Source of the DNA: an uncultured Actinomycetota bacterium
GTDB lineage: Bacteria > Actinomycetota > Actinomycetes > Actinomycetales > Microbacteriaceae
DNA length: 64,000 bases
Direction: 5' to 3'
Assembly (NCBI GenBank): GCA_963771645.1
Contig: CAVYUH010000014.1
Coordinates: 62,146-126,145 of the forward strand
Both the position numbers and the translations under genes were made by a program. Every line of letters begins with the position of its first letter. Positions within the stretch are counted from its first letter, which is position 1. The notes under the pieces are model-generated. The model was given only the letters and a program-made list of their open reading frames with translations, did no database searches and was not told where the DNA came from. Positions 8,314 through 17,409 of the stretch are shown one piece after another.

Positions 8314-10032
8314 TCAGAGGAAGGGGAGGTAGAGCACGACGCAGAGCACGAGCGCGACGGTGCCGAGCAGGGCGGGCGACCGGTACCAGGCGGTGTCGCC
8401 GACCACGGCGTCGCTCTTCAGGTCGATCTTCCCGACGCCGTAGACGAGGCCCTGCAGCTCGCGCTCGCTCTTGGCCTTCGTCATGAGGCTGATCACCACC
8501 GCGACGATCGCGACGGTTCCGACGGAGATCATCGCGCCGTAGAGCGTCTCGGCGGTCGCGGTGGCGAAGATGGGCTTCTTGTTCGCGACGCTGATCTGGT
8601 ACGCCGTGAAGACGGCGGTGGGCGCGAGGATGCCGGCGAGGTAGGACCAGAGGGCGCCGGATGTCGTCATCCGCTTCCACAGCAGGCCGATGATGAAGAC
8701 GCCGAACAGGGGCGCGTTGAAGAACGAGAACAGGGTCTGCAGGTAGGTCATCAGGTTCTGCGCGCCCGCGGCGAGGAACGCCGTCGCGATGCCGACGAGC
8801 ACGCCGATCACCGTCACCCACCGGCCGACGCGCAGGTAGTGGGCGTCGGAGCGGTCGCGCTTGATGTAGCGCTGCCAGATGTCGTACGTGAAGACGGTGT
8901 TGAAGCTCGAGACGTTGGCCGCCATGCCCGCCATGAAGGAGGCGAGGAGGCCGGTGACGGCGACGCCCAGCACGCCGCTCGGCAGGTACATCTGCATGAG
9001 CTTCGGGATGACGTCGTTGTAGGTCAGCCCGGATCCGCCGGCGCCGGAGAGCGCCTTGCCGAGCACCGCGGCGGCGATGAGGCCGGGGATCACGGTGATG
9101 ATCGGGATGAACAGCTTCGGCAGCGCACCGATCAGCGGGGTGCGCCGGGCCGCGGACATGTTCTTCGCGGAGAACGCCCGCTGGACCTCGGTGAAGTTCG
9201 TCGTCCAGTAGCCGAACGAGAGCACGAAGCCGAGGCCGAGCACGATGGCGAGCCAGTCGGCGCCGATCGGGTTCGTGACGTCGCCGATCGAGGTCCCCGC
9301 CCAGGCGTGCAGCAGCTTGCCGCTGTCGCTCCTCTCCAGCGCCGCGGTGAGGCCGTTCCAGCCGTGGACACGGTTCAGGCCGACGATCGTGAGCGGCACG
9401 AGGCCGGCGACGATCACGAAGAACTGCATGACCTCGTTGTAGATGGCCGACGAGAGGCCGCCGAGGGTGATGTACGCGAGCACGAACGCGGCGGACACGA
9501 CGATGGCGAGCCACTGCGGCCAGCCGAGCATCGCCTCGATCACGATCGCCATCGCGAACAGGTTGATCCCGGCGATGAGCACGTTCGAGACGGCGAAGGC
9601 GAGGGCGTTGACGACGTGCGGCGCCTTGCCGAAGCGCCGGAGCATGAACTCCGGCACGCTCCGCACCTTGGAGGCGTAGTAGAAGGGCATCATCACGAGG
9701 CCGAGGAAGACCATCGCCGGCACGGCGCCGATCAGGTAGTAGTGCAGCGTCGACATGCCGATCTGGGCGCCGTTGGCCGCCATGCCGAGGATCTCGGTGG
9801 CGCCGAGGTTCGCGGAGATGAACGCGAGCCCGGTGATCCACGCCGGCAGGGAGCGGCCCGACAGGAAGAAGTCCATGCTGCTCTTCACCCGGGATCTGGC
9901 GATGAAGCCGATCCCGATGACCACCCCGAAGTACACGACGATCATCAGGTAGTCGACCCAGGAGAGGTCGAGGCGGATGCCGCTGCTCGCGGCTTCGACG
10001 ACGGCGCCCCTCGGCAGAAGGCCCACTGACAC
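8314..10032 (-). CDS. Sodium:solute symporter family protein
   Basis: DFFLSGRSLPAWITGLAFISANLGATE; YITLGGLSSAIYNEV; many TM helices; start codon approximate. Confidence 0.9.
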   Translation of the reverse strand: MSVGLLPRGAVVEAASSGIRLDLSWVDYLMIVVYFGVVIGIGFIARSRVKSSMDFFLSGRSLPAWITGLAFISANLGATEILGMAANGAQIGMSTLHYYLIGAVPAMVFLGLVMMPFYYASKVRSVPEFMLRRFGKAPHVVNALAFAVSNVLIAGINLFAMAIVIEAMLGWPQWLAIVVSAAFVLAYITLGGLSSAIYNEVMQFFVIVAGLVPLTIVGLNRVHGWNGLTAALERSDSGKLLHAWAGTSIGDVTNPIGADWLAIVLGLGFVLSFGYWTTNFTEVQRAFSAKNMSAARRTPLIGALPKLFIPIITVIPGLIAAAVLGKALSGAGGSGLTYNDVIPKLMQMYLPSGVLGVAVTGLLASFMAGMAANVSSFNTVFTYDIWQRYIKRDRSDAHYLRVGRWVTVIGVLVGIATAFLAAGAQNLMTYLQTLFSFFNAPLFGVFIIGLLWKRMTTSGALWSYLAGILAPTAVFTAYQISVANKKPIFATATAETLYGAMISVGTVAIVAVVISLMTKAKSERELQGLVYGVGKIDLKSDAVVGDTAWYRSPALLGTVALVLCVVLYLPFL

Positions 10033-10241
10033 GGTGCTCTCGCTTCCGTCGCGCCGCGGTCCCTGCTTCTGCAGGCGTTCCTCCGCGAGCGCTCGACGAT
10101 CGCTCACCCTGGCGTGGCTGCTCGGACGAATCCTGGGTGGTTTCTCAGTGTCGGCTGAACGACTCAGGACCGGGCGGCGTGGCACGTGAACGGGAGCATC
10201 CGGATCCCTCGATACGCTCGCAACGGATGGAAGGGGACCGC

Positions 10242-11162
10242 ATGACCGCGCCCGCACTCGACCTCGGCGGCGTGGTCGTCGCCACCACGCTGCCCTTCAC
10301 GCCTGACGACGCGGCCCCCGGCGGGCTCGCGGTCGACTACGACCGCTACGCCGCGCACTGCGCCTGGCTGATCGAGAACGGCTGCCGCGGCGTCGGTCCG
10401 AACGGCTCCCTCGGGGAGTACTCCTCCCTCACCGACGAGGAGCGCCGCCGGGTCGTGCAGACGGCCGTGGAGGCCGTCGACGGCCGTGGGCTCGTCATCG
10501 CCGGCGTGCACGGCGTGGGCTGGCACCAGGCGCGCCGCTGGGCGGAGCTCGCGGCCGAGGACGGGGCGGACGGCGTCCTGCTGCTGCCGCCGACGCTCTA
10601 CCGGGCGAACCGGCAGGAGGTGCTGACCCACTACGCGAAGGTGGACGAGGTCGGCCTGCCGATCATGATGTACAACAACCCGATCGACACGAAGGTCGAC
10701 CTCGTGCCCGAGCTCGTCGCCGAGCTCGCGCAGCTGCCGAACGTCGTCGCGATCAAGGAGTTCTCCCTCGACGCCCGCCGCGTGCGGGAGATCCGGGACC
10801 TCTGCGACATCGACGTCATCGCCGGCGCCGACGACCTGCTCTTCGAGGCGCTCGTCGCGGGCGCGACCGGCTGGTTCGCCGGCTACCCGAACGCCTTCCC
10901 GCGCGAGGCGGTGGAGCTCTACGACCTGCTCACGACCGGGCGGATCGATGAGGGGCGCACCCTGTTCGAGCAGATGGCGCCGGTCTTCGCCTGGGACTCG
11001 AAGACGGAGTTCGTGCAGGCGATCAAGTACTCGATCGACGTCGCGGGCGAGAGCACCGGCGGCCCGACCCGGCCGCCTCGCGGACCGCTCACCGAGGCGC
11101 AGCGCTCGATCGTGCGCCGGGACACCGAGCGCGCCCTCGCGTACAGCCGCTCCCGCGCCTGA
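10242..11162 (+). CDS. DHDPS-family protein, probable pyrroline-4-hydroxy-2-carboxylate deaminase
   Basis: NGSLGE, YNNP and IKEFS (Schiff-base Lys); coupled to a proline racemase-family gene; SD GAAGGGG. Confidence 0.82.
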   Translation: MTAPALDLGGVVVATTLPFTPDDAAPGGLAVDYDRYAAHCAWLIENGCRGVGPNGSLGEYSSLTDEERRRVVQTAVEAVDGRGLVIAGVHGVGWHQARRWAELAAEDGADGVLLLPPTLYRANRQEVLTHYAKVDEVGLPIMMYNNPIDTKVDLVPELVAELAQLPNVVAIKEFSLDARRVREIRDLCDIDVIAGADDLLFEALVAGATGWFAGYPNAFPREAVELYDLLTTGRIDEGRTLFEQMAPVFAWDSKTEFVQAIKYSIDVAGESTGGPTRPPRGPLTEAQRSIVRRDTERALAYSRSRA

Positions 11163-12163
11163 TGCGGATCTCGCGCCTGATCAGCGCGGTCGACTCCCAC
11201 ACCGAGGGGATGCCGACGCGCGTCGTCACGGGCGGGATCGGCGTCATCCCGGGCGACACGATGAACGCCAAGCGCCTGCACTTCCTGGCGCACCTCGACC
11301 ACCTCCGCCACTTCCTGATGGACGAGCCGCGCGGACACGCGGCGATGAGCGGCGCGATCCTGCAGCCGCCGACACGCGCCGACTGCGACTTCGGGGTCGT
11401 CTACATCGAGGTCTCGGGCTGCCTGCCGATGTGCGGGCACGGCACGATCGGCGTCGCGACGGTGCTCGTCGAGACGGGCATGGTGCCGGTCGTCGAACCG
11501 GTCACGACCATCCGTCTCGACACCCCGGCAGGCCTCGTGATCGCGCGGGTCGCGGTGTCGGACGGGCACGCGGATGCGGTCACCATCGAGAACGTGCCGA
11601 GCTACCCCGAGCGGCTCGACGCCGTCGTCGAGGTGCCCGGCTTCGGCGCGGTGCCGTACAGCCTCGCGTTCGGCGGCAACTTCTACGCGATGGTCGAGCT
11701 CGACGCCGTGGGCCTGCCGTTCGACCGCGCGGCGCAGCGGCCGATCGTGGAGGCGGGACTCGCGATCATGCGCGAGATCAACGCCACCGCGCCGCCCCGG
11801 CATCCGGAGATCGAGGGCGTGGACCACTGCCACCACGTCGAGTTCCTCGCCCCCGGCTCGACGGCGGCGCACTCGCGGCACGCGATGGCGATCCACCCCG
11901 GCTGGTTCGACCGCTCCCCCTGCGGCACCGGGACCTCCGCGCGGATGGCGGAGCTCTGGGGCCGCGGCGAGCTCGCGCTCGACACCGACTTCGTGAACGA
12001 GTCGTTCATCGGGAGCCGCTTCGTGGGCCGCCTCGTCGCCGAGACCCAGGTGGCCGGCATCCCGGCGGTCGTGCCGACCATCACCGGCCGCGCCTGGGTG
12101 ACGGCCCGGGCCGACTACGTGCTCGATCCCACCGACCCCTTCCCGACCGGCTTCACCTTCTGA
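11162..12163 (+). CDS. Proline racemase / 4-hydroxyproline 2-epimerase family
   Basis: DSHTEGMPTR, EPRGH, MCGH and DRSPCGTGT; both catalytic Cys present. Confidence 0.9.
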   Translation: MRISRLISAVDSHTEGMPTRVVTGGIGVIPGDTMNAKRLHFLAHLDHLRHFLMDEPRGHAAMSGAILQPPTRADCDFGVVYIEVSGCLPMCGHGTIGVATVLVETGMVPVVEPVTTIRLDTPAGLVIARVAVSDGHADAVTIENVPSYPERLDAVVEVPGFGAVPYSLAFGGNFYAMVELDAVGLPFDRAAQRPIVEAGLAIMREINATAPPRHPEIEGVDHCHHVEFLAPGSTAAHSRHAMAIHPGWFDRSPCGTGTSARMAELWGRGELALDTDFVNESFIGSRFVGRLVAETQVAGIPAVVPTITGRAWVTARADYVLDPTDPFPTGFTF

Positions 12164-12170
12164 CCCACAT

Positions 12171-12229
12171 GTGGGTTGCCACTTCTGGCCCTCCAAGAGC
12201 CCGTTCAAGGGCGAGAAGTGGCAACTCAC
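12171..12229. repeat. 22-bp-arm inverted repeat (REP-like hairpin or terminator)
   Basis: GTGGGTTGCCACTTCTGGCCCT ... AGGGCGAGAAGTGGCAACTCAC, 20/22 match, 15-nt loop. Confidence 0.7.
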
Positions 12230-12346
12230 CGGTTGAAGTGCGCGGATATGCGCGCACGGTCGCCTGAACCGGACCTGCTGCGTGTTCTTCTCGCACCACT
12301 AGATTGGCGCCTGATCAGCCGTACCCGCGGCCGGAAGGATCGGACC

Positions 12347-13066
12347 ATGGCGAAGAAGTCGAAGAAGTCCGGCTCGAAGAAGGCCGACGGCAAGAAGGCC
12401 GACACGACGAAGGCCGACGCGAAGAAGGCCTCGAAGAAGCAGGACGCGGAGGCCGCGCTCGCCGACGAGAAGCAGGCCGCCAGGGCCGCCGAGAAGCAGG
12501 CGAAGGCCGACAAGAAGGCAGCCGCCGCTGCGGCGCCCGAGAAGCCCGACCAGGTCGAGGTGCTGAAGCTCGCGCTCCGCGACACCGAGGCGAAGCTCGT
12601 CGACGCGGAGCACCGCCTCCGCCAGGTGCAGCAGCAGCTCGACGACGAGCGGCGCGCGCTCGCCGTCGCCGCGGAGGAGGCGGCCGCCGAGGCCGTCGTC
12701 GACGCCGCGGTGGCCGAGACCGTCGCGGAGGCGGTCCTGGACGCCGAGCTCGCCCTCGGCGACGAGGAGCCCGCCTTCGTGGCCGAGGTGGTCGCCGAGA
12801 CCCTCGACGCCGTCGCCGCGGACGCCGACCCGGCACCCGCGGAGGACGATCACACCGGCGAGGCCGAGGCGGCCGCTGCCGTGTTCACCGAGGCCCTGCC
12901 CGACCCGGCGACGCTCACCCCGCCGCTGCCGGAGGAGCCCGCGGCCGAGGTGCCGAGCGACGAGTGGACGCTCGTGCGGCTGCGCGCGGAGGCCCGTCGG
13001 CGTGGCCTGACCGGCATCTCCAACCTGTCGAAGGCCCGGCTCGTGGAGCGCCTCACCGCCTCCTGA
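12347..13066 (+). CDS. Lys/Ala-rich N-terminus, coiled coil, acidic linker and C-terminal Rho_N/HeH-like domain protein
   Basis: MAKKSKKSGSKKADGKKADTTKADAKKASKK; C-terminal WTLVRLRAEARRRGLTGISNLSKARLVERL; SD GGAAGGA. Confidence 0.75.
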   Translation: MAKKSKKSGSKKADGKKADTTKADAKKASKKQDAEAALADEKQAARAAEKQAKADKKAAAAAAPEKPDQVEVLKLALRDTEAKLVDAEHRLRQVQQQLDDERRALAVAAEEAAAEAVVDAAVAETVAEAVLDAELALGDEEPAFVAEVVAETLDAVAADADPAPAEDDHTGEAEAAAAVFTEALPDPATLTPPLPEEPAAEVPSDEWTLVRLRAEARRRGLTGISNLSKARLVERLTAS

Positions 13067-13122
13067 CGTCACCCGCCGTCATCCGCACCTCCGTGGAGCC
13101 GGCGGCTCCTACCCTGGAACGG

Positions 13123-14134
13123 ATGTCCCGTTCCGAGCTCCGCGATCCGCCCGCCGTCTCCACCCGTCCCGACGCTTCCCGGGGTCGCCGACTCGGTGCT
13201 CGACCTGATCGGGTCGACGCCGATGGTGCGGCTCGGCCGGCTCGGCCGGGACCTGCAGGCGCAGGTCGTCGTCAAGCTCGAGGGCCGCAACCCCGGCGGC
13301 AGCGCGAAGGACCGGCCCGCCCTGCAGATGATCCGCACGGCCGAGGCGGCGGGCGAGCTGCTGCCCGGCGCCACGATCGTCGAGTCGACGTCCGGCAACA
13401 CCGGCATCGGCCTCGCCCTCGTCGGCCGGCTCACCGGTCACCCCGTCGTCATCGTGCATGGACCGGGCATGTCGCCGGAGAAGCTCGCGCTGCTGCGGCT
13501 CTACGGCGCGGAGCTCGTCGAGGCGGACTGGGACGCCGGCCCCGACGACCCCGGCAACCCGAGGGCCGTCGCCGACCGGATCGCCCGGGAGCGTCCGCAC
13601 GCGTGGCGGAGCGGCCAGTACGACAACGCCGCGAACCCGACGGCGCACCTGCTGCACACCGGACCGGAGGTCTGGTCGCAGACCTCCGGCCGCGTCACCC
13701 ACCTCGTGGCGTCGATCGGCACCGGAGGCACCATCACCGGCACCGGCCGGTACCTGAAGGACGTGTCGGGCGGGGCGGTCCGCGTGATCGGCGCGAACCC
13801 GGCCGGATCCACCTACGGCGGCGGCGAGGACGGCCCGATCGGCATCGAGGGCGTCGGCACCCGCTGGCCGCGGCACCACTGGCCCCGCAACTTCGACGCA
13901 TCCGTGCCGGACGAGATCCGCTCGGTCCCCGACGAGACCGCCTTCGCGACCACCCGCCGGCTCGCCGCCGAGGAGGGCCTGCTGCTCGGCCCGTCCTCCG
14001 GGCTGGCCGTCGCGGTCGCCCTCGAGGTCGCGAAGGACCTCGGCCCCGACGCGGTGGTCGTCGCCATGGCGCCGGACGGCGGCGGCAACTACCTGTCGGC
14101 GCTCGCGCCGTCGGAAGGGACGACCCGCGCATGA
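13123..14134 (+). CDS. PLP-dependent cysteine synthase / cystathionine beta-synthase family (second copy; likely indel near start)
   Basis: [34 protein letters not shown]; continuous frame from 13196; ATG at 13123 follows a TACCCT -10. Confidence 0.85.
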
Positions 14135-15432
14135 CGCTGCGGCACTTCGGCTGGTTCCTCGGCGCCGGGTTCGGCGTGCAGGGCTGGGGCGACTCGACCT
14201 ACGGCATCGGCTACGACTGGACCCAGCCGACGATCTACCAGGACGCCGCCCGCCTCTTCGAGCGCAGCGGCCTCGACGCGCTCATCATCGAGGACGGCGT
14301 CGCCGTGCCCGACACCTACCGCGGCACCGCCGAGGTGAACCTCGCCGCGGCGCGCTTCGTGCCGAAGCACGACCCGATCCCGCTCGTGCCGTACCTGCTC
14401 GGCGCGACCGAGCGGATCGGCATCGTGCCCACGCTGTCGGCGAGCTTCACCGAGCCGTACACCGCGGCCCGGCTGCTCGCGACGCTGCAGCACTTCGCGC
14501 ACGGCCGGCTCGGCTACAACGTCGTCACCTCCGGCAGCGACCTCGCCGCCCAGAACTACGGGCTCGAGAAGCAGACCGAGCACGACCTCCGCTACGACCG
14601 CGCGGACGAGTGGGTCGAGGTCGTGAAGGCGCTCTGGCGCAGCTGGGAGCCGGGCGCGGTGCTCGAGGACACCGAGCGCGGCGTCTACGCCGACTTCACG
14701 AAGGTGCACCGCATCGACCACGAGGGCCGGTTCTTCCGGGTCCGAGGGCCGCTGAACGCGCTGCCGCCCAAGGAGGAGCCGGTGATGGTGCAGGCGGGCG
14801 CCTCCGGCCGCGGCCGCGGCTTCGCCGGCCGGCACGCCGACGTGATCCTCGCGCTCGCCTCCACCCCCGAGCGGATGAAGGCGCACCGGGACGACATCCG
14901 CGCCGTGGCCGCCGAGCAGGGCAGGGACCCCGACGCCCTCACCGTGCTCTTCGTGGTGAACCCGATCCCGACCGCGAACGCGGAGGAGACCGCCGCCGTG
15001 CGGGCGCGCCGCGGCGAGCTGACGCAGGCCGCGATCGACGAGCAGCTGCAGTCGATCTCGTACCTGACGAACCTCGACTTCGACCGGTTCGACCTCGACG
15101 CGCCGCTGCCGGAGGTCGCCACGAACAGCAACCAGGGCACGCTCGACAACTTCGTGCGGAGCGCGCCGGCCGGCTCGACCCTGCGCGAGATCCTCGCCGC
15201 CCGGGCGAAGGCGGACGGGCTCGCGGTGATCGGCACGCCGGCCGAGATCGCCGACGCCCTCGGGGAGCTCGGCGAGGCGAGCGAGGCGGACGGCTTCCTG
15301 TTCACCGGGCAGGTGCATCCGGCGCACGTGCACCGCACCCTCGATCCGCTCGTGCCCGCCCTCCGCGACGCCGGGCTGCTGCGCCGCGAGCTCGGCGACG
15401 GCGGCCTGCGCGCGAACCTGGCGGACTTCTGA
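14131..15432 (+). CDS. NtaA/DmoA-family FMN-dependent (luciferase-like) monooxygenase
   Basis: KHDPIPLVPYL, PYTAARLLATL, GRLGYNVVTS, HDLRYDRADE, QAGASGRGRGFAGRHAD; ATGA overlap with upstream gene. Confidence 0.9.
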   Translation: MTLRHFGWFLGAGFGVQGWGDSTYGIGYDWTQPTIYQDAARLFERSGLDALIIEDGVAVPDTYRGTAEVNLAAARFVPKHDPIPLVPYLLGATERIGIVPTLSASFTEPYTAARLLATLQHFAHGRLGYNVVTSGSDLAAQNYGLEKQTEHDLRYDRADEWVEVVKALWRSWEPGAVLEDTERGVYADFTKVHRIDHEGRFFRVRGPLNALPPKEEPVMVQAGASGRGRGFAGRHADVILALASTPERMKAHRDDIRAVAAEQGRDPDALTVLFVVNPIPTANAEETAAVRARRGELTQAAIDEQLQSISYLTNLDFDRFDLDAPLPEVATNSNQGTLDNFVRSAPAGSTLREILAARAKADGLAVIGTPAEIADALGELGEASEADGFLFTGQVHPAHVHRTLDPLVPALRDAGLLRRELGDGGLRANLADF

Positions 15433-16883
15433 TGACCGTCGTGCTCGGCGCGGATCCGATCACCGCGGAGGAGCTGCTCGCGATCGCGGACGGGGAGGGC
15501 GTCGCCCTCTCCCCCGCTGCCCGCACGCGGATGACGGTCGCCCGGAGCGTCCTGACCTCCGCCCTCGCGTCGGGCGAGGCGGTCTACGGCCTGACCCGCC
15601 GCCTCGGTGCCGGCGTCGGCGATCCCGTCGAGGACCAGGTGGCCTTCCAGCGCCAGGTGCTGCGGAACCACCGCGCGGACACGGGCGAGCCGGTGCCCGC
15701 GCCGGTCGTGCGGGCCGCGATCGCCGCCCGCCTCGCGCACCTGATCGCCGGCGGCTCCGGCGCCCGGCCCGAGGTCGCCGACGCGCTCGCGGCCCTGCTG
15801 AACCACGACCTCGTGCCGCTCGTCCGGGACCGCGGATCCGTCGGCGCCGCCGACCTCGTGCAGAACGCCGCCGTGGCGGCCGTGCTCGTCGGCGAGGGCG
15901 CGGTGCTGCGCGAGGACGGCACGGTGGTGCCCGGTGCGGAGGCGCTCGCCGCGGCGGGGCTCGCGCCGCTCGAGCCGGAGGCGCACGAGGCGCTGTCGCT
16001 GATCAACACCAACGCCTTCGCCCTCGCGTCCGCCGCGGTGCTCGGGGCCCGCCTCGACGCGCTCACCGACGCCGCCGACCTCGCGGTCGCCTGCTCCCTG
16101 GAGGCGGCCGGGGCCCATCGCGCGTCCGGCGACCTCGGGCCCTTCTCCGCCGTCGCGCACGCCGACGCCGGCGAGGAGGGGCGCGCGACCTCGGCCGAGC
16201 GGGTGCGGGAGCTGCTCGAGGGCTCGTTCCTCACCGATCCCGCCCGGCAGCGCGCGGTGCAGGACGAGCTGAGCTTCCGGTGCGCCCCGCAGGTGCACGG
16301 CGCGCTGGCCGACACCGCCGCCGACCTCCTCGACGCGGTCGACGGCGAGCTGGCGGTGCGGCCGGAGAACCCGCTCGTCGACGCCGAGTCGGGCACGATC
16401 ACCCCGAACGGCAACTTCGCCCCGGTCGGGCTCGCGCTCGACCTCGAGCGCGCCCGGATCGCGCTCGCCCACCTCGGCGGCATCGCGGAGCGTCGGATCT
16501 CGGTGCTGTCCGGCCTGTCCGCGCCGCTGCGGGCCGCCGACACCGCCGGCATCCCCGGCCTGCTCGCCTACACCGCGGCGGCGGACCTCGCCGCGCTGCG
16601 GGCGCTCGCCACCCCGGTGACGCTCGGCGCCGCGCCGCTGTCCGGCGTCGAGGACTACGCGACCTTCGCCTGGTCCGCGGCGGAGGCGGGCCAGAAGGCG
16701 TCCGACCTCCTGCTCGAGGTCCTCGCGATCGAGGTGCTGCACGCGGCGTCCCTGCTCCGCGGCCGCACCGAGGTGCTCGGTGCCGGCACCGCGCCCGTCG
16801 TGGCGCGCCTCGCCGAGCTGATCGACTCCGGCCTCTCCGCGGACGAGCTCGTGCTCAGCGCCGCACTGGTGCTGGTCTCGTAG
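15432..16883 (+). CDS. Aromatic amino acid ammonia-lyase (HAL/PAL) fold protein lacking the MIO-forming ASG motif
   Basis: VYGLTRRLG, GGSGARP, RGSVGAADL, QDELSFRCAPQVHG, ENPL...NGNF, GVED; TGATG overlap. Confidence 0.85.
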   Translation: MTVVLGADPITAEELLAIADGEGVALSPAARTRMTVARSVLTSALASGEAVYGLTRRLGAGVGDPVEDQVAFQRQVLRNHRADTGEPVPAPVVRAAIAARLAHLIAGGSGARPEVADALAALLNHDLVPLVRDRGSVGAADLVQNAAVAAVLVGEGAVLREDGTVVPGAEALAAAGLAPLEPEAHEALSLINTNAFALASAAVLGARLDALTDAADLAVACSLEAAGAHRASGDLGPFSAVAHADAGEEGRATSAERVRELLEGSFLTDPARQRAVQDELSFRCAPQVHGALADTAADLLDAVDGELAVRPENPLVDAESGTITPNGNFAPVGLALDLERARIALAHLGGIAERRISVLSGLSAPLRAADTAGIPGLLAYTAAADLAALRALATPVTLGAAPLSGVEDYATFAWSAAEAGQKASDLLLEVLAIEVLHAASLLRGRTEVLGAGTAPVVARLAELIDSGLSADELVLSAALVLVS

Positions 16884-17409
16884 GTGCTCGTTTCGTCGGC
16901 GCTCGTTTCCTGAAGCGCAGGTAGGAGACCGCCTCCCAGTCGTCGTCGAGGTCGAAGTCCGGCGTCCAGCCGTGCCGCAGGTAGAGGGCGACGGCCTCGG
17001 GCTGCCGGGCGCCGGTCGTCAGCTCGAGCCCGGTGTAGCCGAGGTCCGCCGCGCGCTGCTCGAGCTCGGCGAGCACCCTCCCGGCGAGCCCGCGGCGCCG
17101 GTGCTCGCGCGAGGTCCACATCCGCTTCAGCTCGCCGAGCGGCTGCCCGTCGGGTCCCGGCCTCCCCCGCTTCAGGGCCCCGCCGGCGACGAGACGGGGC
17201 GATCCGTCCTCCGCGTCCTCGACGAGCGCGACGAACGCACCGCCCTCCGCAGCGGTGAACGCGCTCGCGGGGTAGCGGGTGAGCTCGGCGCTCGACGGCA
17301 CGCCGTCCGTCGGCTCGTAGCGGGCGTCGTAGTCACGGGCCAGGTCGGCGACGAGCGGGTCGAGCAGCGGGTCGTCGGCGGCGACCCAGCGCACCTCGAT
17401 CCCCGTCAC
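16855..17409 (-). CDS. GNAT N-acetyltransferase
   Basis: GELKRMWTSREHRRRGLAGRVLAELE...LTTGARQPEAVALY. Confidence 0.88.
   Translation of the reverse strand: MTGIEVRWVAADDPLLDPLVADLARDYDARYEPTDGVPSSAELTRYPASAFTAAEGGAFVALVEDAEDGSPRLVAGGALKRGRPGPDGQPLGELKRMWTSREHRRRGLAGRVLAELEQRAADLGYTGLELTTGARQPEAVALYLRHGWTPDFDLDDDWEAVSYLRFRKRAPTKRAPTRPAPVRR

Noticed and set aside
12304-14130. Long N-terminal extension of the monooxygenase, plus many other Arg/Pro/Gly-rich long ORFs (e.g. 1982-4048, 35580-38117)
   Set aside because: Stop-poor shadow frames expected at this GC content; they overlap well-supported genes
15432-16883. hutH (histidine ammonia-lyase) call
   Set aside because: No ASG motif and no other hut genes in the window
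16884-16913. Tandem near-duplication GCTCGTTTC x2 at the lyase/GNAT junction
   Set aside because: Only two short units in a 3' tail; no sign of an array or insertion
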